32,986 nucleotides of DNA from Puniceicoccales bacterium (lineage in GTDB: Bacteria; Verrucomicrobiota; Verrucomicrobiia; Opitutales; JAIRLM01): NCBI GenBank assembly GCA_031259325.1, contig JAIRLM010000003.1, forward strand, positions 1 through 32,986, in the 5' to 3' direction. Position 1 is the stretch's first letter; every line of letters begins with the position of its first letter. The position numbers and the translations under genes were made by a program. The notes below the pieces were generated by a model that was given only the letters and a program-made list of their open reading frames with translations, was not told the DNA's origin and made no database searches. Positions 1 through 8,593 of the stretch are shown in pieces.

Positions 1-526
1 ACAGCTTCGCGGTGGTATTGGTGGCGAAAATGAAATTGCCGCATTGGAAAAGCTATTAGAAGACATCGGTTGCCAGAGCAATGTGGTCGGCCGACAAAAA
101 GTTGAAGAGAATTTGCAAAAAATTAAACAGATAAAGCAAGGAGTTGCGCAGCAGCCCGCGGTCCCGCTTCAACCGAAAACTCAATCGGGAATATGGATTA
201 TAAGTTTAGTAGCGGGCTTGGAGAATGTGATCAAGTCCGCTGTGATACGTGGCCGTGATGATGATGATGAATTGGAACAAAACGAAATCACGGCCTTCAA
301 AGCATTCCTTGGTCACCTGCTTACTTTGGCGGAGGCAAATCCAGGAGACCGCTTTACAGCAGACTGCATTCGTGATAGCGTCGAGATTAAAAGAGCTTTA
401 GCGGACTGTCGACGAGGCAATGGTATTTACGTCGGCATATACGACAAAATCCATAACGCGGTTTGCGGAAAACATCCGAACGGTTTAATAAATGCGGTTT
501 TCGCTATCGATACAGACGGATGGTAA
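1..526 (+). CDS. Hypothetical protein, 5'-truncated by the window edge (possibly the first part of a frameshifted gene running to 832)
   Basis: The frame is open from position 2 (QLRGGIGGENEIAALEKLL...) to TAA at 524-526. No recognisable motif. Confidence 0.55.
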   Translation, partial: QLRGGIGGENEIAALEKLLEDIGCQSNVVGRQKVEENLQKIKQIKQGVAQQPAVPLQPKTQSGIWIISLVAGLENVIKSAVIRGRDDDDELEQNEITAFKAFLGHLLTLAEANPGDRFTADCIRDSVEIKRALADCRRGNGIYVGIYDKIHNAVCGKHPNGLINAVFAIDTDGW

Positions 527-807
527 CCATAGGTTTGTCGAATATGCATCTGGTAATATTTTTGCACAAGATAGTAGCGTGATGAAATGTGTTTCGTTCC
601 TTTTTCTCCTGAAAATAAGCGATTTAGTAAAGGTGGATTTATGGGATATGTTTTACGTGGAAGCGCCAAGACGGCGCACCGAATTCGAAAAGAAATACAC
701 GACTCTAAAGAAAACATCGCGACCCTCGCTGCATGCTATGTGTTTGATCCCGCGACAAATGGGGGTGCCTACAAGCCGTCCGGGATGATGAATTCGAAGT
801 CTTTCGA

Positions 808-1440
808 CTACGTATCTGTACTGCCGTCATGATCGGCGGGCTGCCTATCGCCTCCGAATACACGCCCATACAAAACAGGCGACAAAAAACCAGCGATGCC
901 ACCTCCAATCGCGCCCACTACCCCAGCGACAAGGCCGCCAATGGCGCCAAAACAGATGGCTGCGCCGCCATATATGGCGGAATTCCTCAAGTTATCCATT
1001 TGCACGTTTCTCTCCTGAATGCGCGCAGTTTCAGCCCGCGTACGCGCGGTCGCAGCCCCAATGCGCGCATTTTCAGCCCTGAGATCGTCAAGCTCTTGCT
1101 GCTGCGGAGCTTCGCGCGCGGCGATTATTTGCGGTCGCTGCCTTCGCATTTCGGCGACGACAATCCTGCTCGCAGAAATCATGCTTTCACCTCGATCGAT
1201 CAACGACCAGAACATACTCCTGATAAAATCGCTGCGCTCCGGATACAGCAACATCGTAAGCACAAGCCGAATCTTTGCACCCGCTTCATCACTGGCATCC
1301 TCATCCGGGGGTGTAGCCCACCCCGAAAGATTCGCTGCTAATACAACCTCAGTTGGGACATCGCACGTAACCTGCCGGTCGCTTTCCGGATCAGAAATCA
1401 CATACGTACGAGTATCGGGTTGTCTATGAACTTCATTCAT
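808..1440 (-). CDS. Hypothetical 210-aa protein with a coiled-coil segment and a C-terminal glycine-zipper membrane segment
   Basis: ATG at 1440 (MNEVHRQPD) is preceded by GGAG. Helical stretch QQQELDDLRAENARI...; C-terminal GGAAICFGAIGGLVAGVVGAIGGGIAGFL with GxxxG repeats. Confidence 0.75.
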   Translation of the reverse strand: MNEVHRQPDTRTYVISDPESDRQVTCDVPTEVVLAANLSGWATPPDEDASDEAGAKIRLVLTMLLYPERSDFIRSMFWSLIDRGESMISASRIVVAEMRRQRPQIIAAREAPQQQELDDLRAENARIGAATARTRAETARIQERNVQMDNLRNSAIYGGAAICFGAIGGLVAGVVGAIGGGIAGFLSPVLYGRVFGGDRQPADHDGSTDT

Positions 1441-1456
1441 ACTCACTCCATTTCCA

Positions 1457-1588
1457 TTACAGGAAAGCCAATGCCCCAATTATTCCACCGAGGCCGCCGC
1501 CAATCAGTGCGCCAGCCGGTCCAGCAAACGCACCAAGAGCAGCTCCTTTGGCAATTCCGATTCCAGCCCCAAGCGCGATACTACTCAC
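1457..1588 (-). CDS. Small 43-aa glycine-zipper peptide (below the ORF-track cut-off)
   Basis: GTG at 1588 is preceded by AAAGGA. It translates to MSSIALGAGIGIAKGAALGAFAGPAGALIGGGLGGIIGALAFL, with TAA at 1459-1457, 16 nt upstream of the next ATG. Confidence 0.75.
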   Translation of the reverse strand: MSSIALGAGIGIAKGAALGAFAGPAGALIGGGLGGIIGALAFL

Positions 1589-2188
1589 AATTTAATCCTT
1601 TCATACGCCAGCACTTCTGACGGTGCTCCAATTGAAAATGCTACGTGACACCTGTCGACAACACGTCAGTGTTTTACTAAATTTCGACAATCGGAAAAAT
1701 AGATGCAACCCCGAACAGGGGGCTTTGCGTAACATTTACCACTGGAAAGTCAAGCATCCTTTTGCCGCATGAGTGACACGCAGGGCTTGTTAATTCTGCA
1801 CAACTGCCTTGACCGCCCTTCTCGGAAATCTGTCGCACACGGATAATTTCCCATGCATGGATTGCGGCGAAAAATGGCCAAAAATAGACCCTCGCAAGAA
1901 GTCCATTGATCCGCTTGGTCCGGCGAGGTTCCTGAAAGGTCCGCTCTTTGAGTTTGTGGGATTAGACATGCAAGTTGTTTTCCAGATATGTCCTGATCAC
2001 TAATTAATTTATGCGTCTTGCCGCTTCTCGGCGAATTCCCTTTTAGCCCCGAAGATCATATATTTTTTCACGTGATCGACCCCTGAACCGTTGGCTTGAC
2101 AACTCCCGGGAATATTATCTAAACCACATTTGAGTTTTGGGATGTTCGGCGGGATGCTGGATGCGTGCTATGGAAAAGGGGAGTATTT

Positions 2189-4375
2189 ATGTTAGCGATT
2201 TTTTGGGCCGCACCCTTCGTGGCGTGCATTGCCTTATGGTTTGCTTGGACCTTTTACCGGGGGATGATGGCCGAGGATGCTGGCAGTGACCGGATGCAAA
2301 CCATTGCCAGGCACGTGCGCAAGGGCGCCATTGCCTATCTTCTACAGCAGTACCGCGTCGTCGGAGTTGTATTTTTATTGGCAGCCGCATTGTTGGCGCT
2401 TTTGTCCTTTGGGCTTGATCTGCAAAATCGCTGGCTGCCCTTCGCTTTTTTGACCGGCGGTTTTTTTTCAGGCCTCGCCGGTTTCTTTGGCATGCAAACG
2501 GCCACGCAGGCTTCTTCGCGGACGGCACAGGCGGCGGCCAAATCCCTAAACCGAGGCTTGAGGGTGGCCTTCCGCAGCGGGGCGGTCATGGGTTTGACGG
2601 TGGTTGGCCTGGCACTGTTGGACTACTCCTTTTGGTTTTATATACTTAACCGTTTTCTCCATGTGCCGGAGGAACTCAAAATGACCGCAATCACCGGAAT
2701 CATGGTCACGTTCGGCATGGGCGTGTCCCTGCAAGCCCTATTTGCGCGCGTGGGGGGCGGGATTTTCACAAAGGCCGCGGACGTCGGCGCCGACCTGGTG
2801 GGCAAGGTGGAGAAGGGCATTCCCGAGGACGATCCACGCAATCCGGCGACCATTGCGGACAACGTGGGAGATAACGTGGGTGACGTGGCAGGCATGGGCG
2901 CCGATCTCTACGAGTCCTTTTATAGCTCCATTCTTGCCGCGGCCGCCCTCGGTGCCGTCGCCTTCAATGGTATGGGGACCGCGTTGCAAGCCCGGGCGGT
3001 GCTTTTGCCGGTCCTCATCGGAGCCTGCGGAACACTTTTTTCAATTTTTGGAATTTATACCGTGCGCACGGAGGAAAATGCGAACATGGGCGTTCTGCTA
3101 CGCGCCCTTGGCAGGGGTATTAACTGGTGCAATATCTTCGTCGTCGCCGCCATTTTTTGTCTTTGCCGCTGGCTGAATTTTCCAAATTACCTCGGCCTCT
3201 GGGGCGCCGTCGTCGTCGGTCTAATCACGGGCAGCGTCATCGGAAAGTCCTCGGAATATTACACATCACAGGCCTACCGCCCGACGCAGAACGTGGCCCG
3301 CCAATGTGCCACCGGCGCCGCAACGGTTATCATCGCTGGCATGGGTCTTGGCATGGTTTCCGCCGCCGTTCCCGTTTTGTCCGTGGTCATCGGAACCATT
3401 TGCGCCTACGCCCTGGCCAGCGGATTCGATTTTAGCCAGGTAAATGCGGGACTCTATGGCATTGGGATTTCTGCGGTCGGCATGCTCTCAACCCTTGCCA
3501 TAACGCTCGCAACGGATGCCTATGGGCCCATCGCTGACAATGCGGGCGGAAATGCGGAGATGAGCGGTCTCGGCGGCGGCGTGCGGGAGCGGACGGATAC
3601 CCTTGATTCCCTAGGAAACACGACGGCGGCCACCGGAAAAGGTTTTGCCATCGGCTCCGCAGCCCTCACTGCTCTTGCCCTCCTGGCGTCCTACGTGGAA
3701 GGCGTTCGCATGTGTTTGATGCGCAGCGGCCTTACCGCCATTGATTTAGGTACGCGGGCGGTTGAACTCTCCTCAGCCACGCTGCAAGATTTTATGACCT
3801 ACTTCGAGGTCCATATTCTGAATCCAAAGCTTATTTTGGGGCTTTTTCTCGGTTCCATGCTTTCCTTCGTATTTTGCGGGTTAACCATGAATGCGGTCGG
3901 CCGAGCGGCGACGAAGATGGTGAATGAGGTGCGCCGGCAATTCCGCGAGATTAAGGGCATCCTCGATGGATCCGCGGAACCGGATTATGGCGAGTGCGTG
4001 CGTATTTCCACTTCCGCAGCCCAGTGGGAAATGATTTTTCCCGCCCTCGTCGCCCTGTGCGCTCCCATTTTGGTAGGGCTGTTCCTTGGGGTTCCCGGGG
4101 TGATGGGCCTCCTCGCCGGATCGCTCTCCACGGGATTTATCCTGGCAATTTTCATGGCCAATTCCGGCGGTTGCTGGGACAATGCAAAAAAATTCATCGA
4201 AGAGGGTCAGCACGGAGGCAAGGGATCCAGCGCCCACCACGCGGCGATCATTGGAGATACGGTCGGCGATCCTTTTAAGGATACTTCCGGACCGAGTTTG
4301 AATATTTTGATCAAATTGATGACTATCGTATCCATCGTCGCCGTGGGCATAACGGTAAAATATCATATCATTTAA
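2189..4375 (+). CDS. hppA: K+-dependent membrane-bound cation-translocating pyrophosphatase (Na+- or Na+,H+-PPase)
   Basis: Motifs [47 protein letters not shown] and [14 protein letters not shown]; many TM helices; ATG 2189 follows GGGGAG. Confidence 0.97.
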   Translation: MLAIFWAAPFVACIALWFAWTFYRGMMAEDAGSDRMQTIARHVRKGAIAYLLQQYRVVGVVFLLAAALLALLSFGLDLQNRWLPFAFLTGGFFSGLAGFFGMQTATQASSRTAQAAAKSLNRGLRVAFRSGAVMGLTVVGLALLDYSFWFYILNRFLHVPEELKMTAITGIMVTFGMGVSLQALFARVGGGIFTKAADVGADLVGKVEKGIPEDDPRNPATIADNVGDNVGDVAGMGADLYESFYSSILAAAALGAVAFNGMGTALQARAVLLPVLIGACGTLFSIFGIYTVRTEENANMGVLLRALGRGINWCNIFVVAAIFCLCRWLNFPNYLGLWGAVVVGLITGSVIGKSSEYYTSQAYRPTQNVARQCATGAATVIIAGMGLGMVSAAVPVLSVVIGTICAYALASGFDFSQVNAGLYGIGISAVGMLSTLAITLATDAYGPIADNAGGNAEMSGLGGGVRERTDTLDSLGNTTAATGKGFAIGSAALTALALLASYVEGVRMCLMRSGLTAIDLGTRAVELSSATLQDFMTYFEVHILNPKLILGLFLGSMLSFVFCGLTMNAVGRAATKMVNEVRRQFREIKGILDGSAEPDYGECVRISTSAAQWEMIFPALVALCAPILVGLFLGVPGVMGLLAGSLSTGFILAIFMANSGGCWDNAKKFIEEGQHGGKGSSAHHAAIIGDTVGDPFKDTSGPSLNILIKLMTIVSIVAVGITVKYHII

Positions 4376-4427
4376 ATTCATTGTCTGGAAAAATTGCTTG
4401 TATCCTGCATGATTTCGGGCAACATGC

Positions 4428-5783
4428 ATGGGCATGCACCTCTCCGCCTATTTTGCGCGCAGGCGTTTGATAAACCTCCGCAGCCAAACTTTGGAAGGTG
4501 CCCTCAGTGAACTTTTGAGACGCCTTTCCCCGACGGCGAAAATTGATCGCGAAGCCGTTCTGCGGGAATTGATCGTCCGGGAAAATAGGGCTTCCACGTG
4601 TCTGGGAAACGGCATTGCCATTCCGCATATTAAAACTCCCCTCCCGCGCCCGTGTATTTTGGCCATCGGACGCTGCCCCAATGGCATCAAATTTGGCGAA
4701 AATCCCGAATATAAAAATGTGCGACTCGTTTTTCTAATTCTCTTCAACGAGGGATGGGATGGGCAATTGCAGGTTTTAGCTCAGTTGGCCCGTGAACTCC
4801 ACGATCCGCACAAGATATTGTCGCTTATTCATCCGCAATCACTGCCGGCTTTTTACAAAAAATGGCAACAAATTTTTGGCGAAAAGAAGCTAGCAAATCC
4901 GGACGTTCACGTCTCGGCCAAGGGGCAGCGGATTTTTCTCCGGGAATCCTTTCGCCTCGCCCGCAGCTCCGGTTGTCAGTCCGTTTTTCTTTTTCCCGAC
5001 TCGTTGGGCGAGTGGTTTGTCTTCGGAAAATATTTTCCGGGAATGAAGCGCATCCTAGTCACCGAGCGCTTTCAAGAGGATCTTCCATCCCAATATGGCA
5101 TGGATTATTTTCTCAATGTATCTAATCACTCGCGCGCGCGCCTGGTCCAAATGCATGGGGCCATTCTCATCGCACTCACCAGGGGGTTTATCTGTTGCGA
5201 TGAAAAAATATGCTGCATCGGGAGCGGGAGCGAAAGCGGCCACTTTGATTGTCTGGTTTTTGTGGATGTCGCGATTAGGTACAAGTCCCTGTTTGACACG
5301 CGCCGCGGTCTGATTCCTAAGGACGTTTCCTCGGAAGTTTTCGAGCGCGTCATTGCCATTGCCCATCAAATCGCCGCAGAGGGACGGGAGGGTAAGCCGC
5401 TGGGGGCAATGTTCATCCTGGGAAATCACGCTAAAATCAAGCGCTACTACAAGTCACTTATTCTCAACCCGTTTCAGGGCTACCCGCGCCAGGAGCGGAA
5501 CGTTCTCAACCCATTCATCGACGAAACGATTAAGGAATTCGCTTCCATTGACGGCGCCTTCATCGTAGGTAGCGACGGTGTATTCGAGGCCGCTGGGACG
5601 ATGATCAACGCACCGAGTCGCAGAGTCGTCCTTCCTGGGGGATTGGGAACCCGCCACACATCTGCCGCTGCCATATCCAAAGCCGCCGATAGCCTGGCCA
5701 TCGTAGTTTCCCAAAGCACCAGTCAAGTTACCCTTTTTCGTAACGGTCGAATGTTGTCCCTGTCGGAGAAGGTCATTGGCTGA
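4428..5783 (+). CDS. PTS EIIA (fructose/Ntr-type) domain fused to a DacZ-like diadenylate cyclase (DisA_N domain)
   Basis: N-terminal RE..AST.LGNGIAIPH is the EIIA phospho-His motif. The C-terminal part has EGREGKPLGAMF, SIDGAFIV and GLGTRHTSAAAIS (DAC DGA and RHx motifs). Confidence 0.88.
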   Translation: MGMHLSAYFARRRLINLRSQTLEGALSELLRRLSPTAKIDREAVLRELIVRENRASTCLGNGIAIPHIKTPLPRPCILAIGRCPNGIKFGENPEYKNVRLVFLILFNEGWDGQLQVLAQLARELHDPHKILSLIHPQSLPAFYKKWQQIFGEKKLANPDVHVSAKGQRIFLRESFRLARSSGCQSVFLFPDSLGEWFVFGKYFPGMKRILVTERFQEDLPSQYGMDYFLNVSNHSRARLVQMHGAILIALTRGFICCDEKICCIGSGSESGHFDCLVFVDVAIRYKSLFDTRRGLIPKDVSSEVFERVIAIAHQIAAEGREGKPLGAMFILGNHAKIKRYYKSLILNPFQGYPRQERNVLNPFIDETIKEFASIDGAFIVGSDGVFEAAGTMINAPSRRVVLPGGLGTRHTSAAAISKAADSLAIVVSQSTSQVTLFRNGRMLSLSEKVIG

Positions 5784-5906
5784 ATGGTCTCGAAATCAAG
5801 CCGATGCTTCGAAGTTAAGAAAGCCGGCTGCTTCTAGTTCTGGCACACCCTCGCCGTCTCTCTGTCTGGTACTGGCGGCAGCTGAAATGGTAAAACATGG
5901 CGACGA

Positions 5907-6989
5907 TTACTCTTCCTTTGCGGATATTCTGGAGTATGCCGCAGAGGCTTCTTCATTGGAAATAGCATGTGAATTCCCCGTATACCCCAAAAGCGTATTC
6001 ATTTGCGAAATTTCATTCCGAAACCAAAATAAAGAAGCCGACGCCTGATGGGGTGGTGTGCCATCGGCAATTTGCTGTCTGGCCTGTGCTTCCAGAGAGG
6101 CAATTCTATTCGGAAGATTGGCTTTGTACTGCTGCGTTATCGCAAGAAAGCTCTCATCAAATTCCCGCTTCAATTTGGTGCAAAATTCAGCAATTTCGGG
6201 CATGCATTGGCTGATAAACGCGTCCGTTTTCGGGTCATAGCAGAGTACGTCCGGGTTATGCGCTTGGCTCAGGTCGTTCACGCGATTGGATTGCATATCT
6301 GAAGTGCCTCCATAACGAACAATCCGCGAAAGATCCCACATGCATTTGGCAAGTTTCAAGTGACTATCAACCCGCGATGAATTTGGGTTTCCTAGCAAAT
6401 CAAGCTCTTTTTTGGGAAGCGTTCTCGTCGGATTTTTGGCTATATTCTGATAATCTGCCTGAAGTTTCTCCAGTTTTTGGCGTACAATCTCTTGGTATCG
6501 TTGATTGTAATCCGATTGTGACGCATCGGATACGATTTGCTTCGCAGCGTCCCGGGCGACATCCGTGTCCTCCGGGTGTGCTCCCGGCGGGAGCATGGCG
6601 TCTGTCATCTCTATAATAGCCTCGTCACGGTGTGCATCCAATATTTTGACATTGGGACTATCGGCGATACCACTTTGCAAATTTGTTATAATTGCCCCAA
6701 ATTTATTTACTATTTGCTGGGCGCCAAGTTGGCTCGTGTGGGCCACGACCGCATTAACTATTTTTTCGGACATCCCGAAAAGCGCATTCGTAATACGCAC
6801 CCACCATCCAACGGCTTCACTCTTTCCTAGGGCTTCCCAACGCTTACCGATGGCCTCCCATTTCGCCCGCAACCCTTCTGCGATGTTCAACCGCAAAAGC
6901 CCCGCCCGCAATCTATCTGCAATTCCCGTATTTTTCCCATCACAAAAAGCGGCGGGATTGCAGCTAGGCCCTGCTACGCCCATACTCAT
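5907..6989 (-). CDS. Hypothetical 360-aa helical protein, candidate secreted effector
   Basis: Long ORF. The track start at 7280 overlaps skp, so ATG 6989 (MSMGVAGPSCNP) is preferred. No signal peptide and no known motif. Confidence 0.7.
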   Translation of the reverse strand: MSMGVAGPSCNPAAFCDGKNTGIADRLRAGLLRLNIAEGLRAKWEAIGKRWEALGKSEAVGWWVRITNALFGMSEKIVNAVVAHTSQLGAQQIVNKFGAIITNLQSGIADSPNVKILDAHRDEAIIEMTDAMLPPGAHPEDTDVARDAAKQIVSDASQSDYNQRYQEIVRQKLEKLQADYQNIAKNPTRTLPKKELDLLGNPNSSRVDSHLKLAKCMWDLSRIVRYGGTSDMQSNRVNDLSQAHNPDVLCYDPKTDAFISQCMPEIAEFCTKLKREFDESFLAITQQYKANLPNRIASLEAQARQQIADGTPPHQASASLFWFRNEISQMNTLLGYTGNSHAISNEEASAAYSRISAKEE

Positions 6990-6996
6990 AAGAATT

Positions 6997-7025
6997 ATTC
7001 TGGCAGGCGTACGCAAGGAGCGCAA
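6997..7025 (-). promoter_or_regulatory. Candidate sigma70-type promoter giving a leaderless transcript
   Basis: TTGCGC-N17-CAGAAT on the minus strand, ending 7 nt before ATG 6989. No SD sequence. Confidence 0.35.
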
Positions 7026-7155
7026 CAAAAAAATGCGGACTCGAGGATGGAGCATTGAAGGATCTACACCTCCGCGCAGCATATATAACACCAGCCGGCC
7101 TTTTCCAATTGACTCGATGGGCCGCAGGTCCACAGAATCGGGGCGGAGATTTGTT

Positions 7156-7737
7156 ATGAAAAAGTTTCTTTTGGCGCTCACGCTGAGCGGATTATTCATC
7201 GGCGCCTCGGGCGCGGAGCAGTGTCGTTGTGAAAACAAGCAGTGCTGCAGCGACTGTTGCAATATCCTCACGGTGGACATGCCGAAGATCTACAACAGCT
7301 ACGGCAAGGCGGAGCGATCCAGGGAAAAATTCCAAAAGGCGGTGGAAAAAGCCCAAAACGAGCTCCGCGCCATGCTAGAAGACGGAATCAAAATGGCCAA
7401 GGAGCTAAGGAATCTCCAGGAAAAGGCTGAAAATCCAGCGCTCAGCGATTCGGCGAAGGAAAAACAACGCAAGCAGATCGAGGAATTGACGGAGAAGGTG
7501 CACAAAAAAGAAGTCGAAGTGAATGAGTTTCGCCAGGAAAGCGATCGAAAACTTTCCGAAAAACGCGAGAAATTCGTGACGCGCCACGTGAACGAAATTA
7601 AGGAGGTCATTGGAAAAATCGCCGAAGAAAGCGGCGCCATTGTCGTTCTTAATGCTGCGGGTGTCGATGTGCTTTACTACATGCCAGGCCTGGATATTAC
7701 CCAAAAGGTGATTACGCGTCTAAATGCTGAAAAATAA
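7156..7737 (+). CDS. skp: OmpH/Skp-family periplasmic chaperone
   Basis: Signal peptide MKKFLLALTLSGLFIGASGA after GGAG; ILTVDMPKIY beta-strand; long coiled coil; C-terminal VLYYMPGLDITQKVITRLN. Confidence 0.88.
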   Translation: MKKFLLALTLSGLFIGASGAEQCRCENKQCCSDCCNILTVDMPKIYNSYGKAERSREKFQKAVEKAQNELRAMLEDGIKMAKELRNLQEKAENPALSDSAKEKQRKQIEELTEKVHKKEVEVNEFRQESDRKLSEKREKFVTRHVNEIKEVIGKIAEESGAIVVLNAAGVDVLYYMPGLDITQKVITRLNAEK

Positions 7738-7839
7738 GGCTTTTGCAGCGGAATGGCACTTTTGAAATTCCGCGGACTTGTCCGGATTTTTTATGATTCC
7801 CCGTTGACGTGTGCGTGTCGGGCAATAACTAGTAGATTC

Positions 7840-8553
7840 ATGGAGAGCGCATTGCCGCCTGTTTATAGGAGAATTCTCCTTAAATTAAGCGGTGAATTGT
7901 TGGGCAGCGGCGATGGAGCTTTCGACCGGGCGGAATTACTACCGATTGTGGAACAAATTCGCGCCCTACTGAGGATAGGTGTTCGGGTGGCGATCGTATT
8001 TGGCGGTGGAAACATTTACCGGGGATGTCAGGGGCAAATTTCACGGGAAATCGGTGACCGCATGGGGATGTTGGCGACGGTTATCAATGGCCTGGCCTTG
8101 CGGGATATTTTTGAGAGGGAGGGAATCCCATGCCTTTTGCAAAATGCGTTTGGAACCCTGGCCGGTGTTGACCCGGTGGATGGTCGAAGGGCGCGGGATG
8201 CGTTGGAGGAAGGCCGCGTGGTCTTTTTTGCCGGGGGAACGGGAATTCCGTTTTTTTCCACGGACACAGCTGCCGCGCTGCGGGCCATAGAAATTCACGC
8301 GGATGCCCTGCTGAAGGCGACCAAAGTGGACGGCATCTATGACTCGGATCCGGCGATGAACCCGAATGCAAGGCGCTTTGAACGCATTTCCTTTTCCAAT
8401 GCGGTGCGGCTGGGACTACGTGTGATGGACGCGGAGGCCTTCTGCATGTGCCGTGCCCACTCGATACCCATCGTTGTTTTTCCCATGTGGAAGCAAAACG
8501 CCCTCTTGGACGTGGTAAGCGGGAAACCGGTTGGATCCGTATGCGCGCAATGA
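7840..8553 (+). CDS. pyrH: UMP kinase
   Basis: YRRILLKLSGE, GGGNIYRG, DRMGMLATVIN, GTGIPFFSTDTAAALRA, KVDGIYDSDP. Start taken at ATG 7840. Confidence 0.96.
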   Translation: MESALPPVYRRILLKLSGELLGSGDGAFDRAELLPIVEQIRALLRIGVRVAIVFGGGNIYRGCQGQISREIGDRMGMLATVINGLALRDIFEREGIPCLLQNAFGTLAGVDPVDGRRARDALEEGRVVFFAGGTGIPFFSTDTAAALRAIEIHADALLKATKVDGIYDSDPAMNPNARRFERISFSNAVRLGLRVMDAEAFCMCRAHSIPIVVFPMWKQNALLDVVSGKPVGSVCAQ

Positions 8554-8593
8554 TTGGCCTGGAAAATATTTCCTATGAAGAAATAATAGAAGC

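Noticed and set aside
1700-1745. Minus-strand GGTAAA...ACGCAAAGCC...CGGGGTTGC resembles pieces of the c-di-GMP-I riboswitch
   Set aside because: The P2 stem with GNRA tetraloop and the P3 receptor are missing and the element is far too short. Treated as a plain hairpin.
2096-2125. Perfect TTGACA upstream of hppA (also at 24021)
   Set aside because: No convincing -10 hexamer at 16-18 nt spacing, so not called as a promoter.
6565-7155. 197-aa N-terminal extension of the Skp ORF, and the reciprocal extension of the 5907 ORF to 7280
   Set aside because: These are mutual antisense shadows. The signal peptide and SD define ATG 7156 for skp, and ATG 6989 fits the minus-strand gene.
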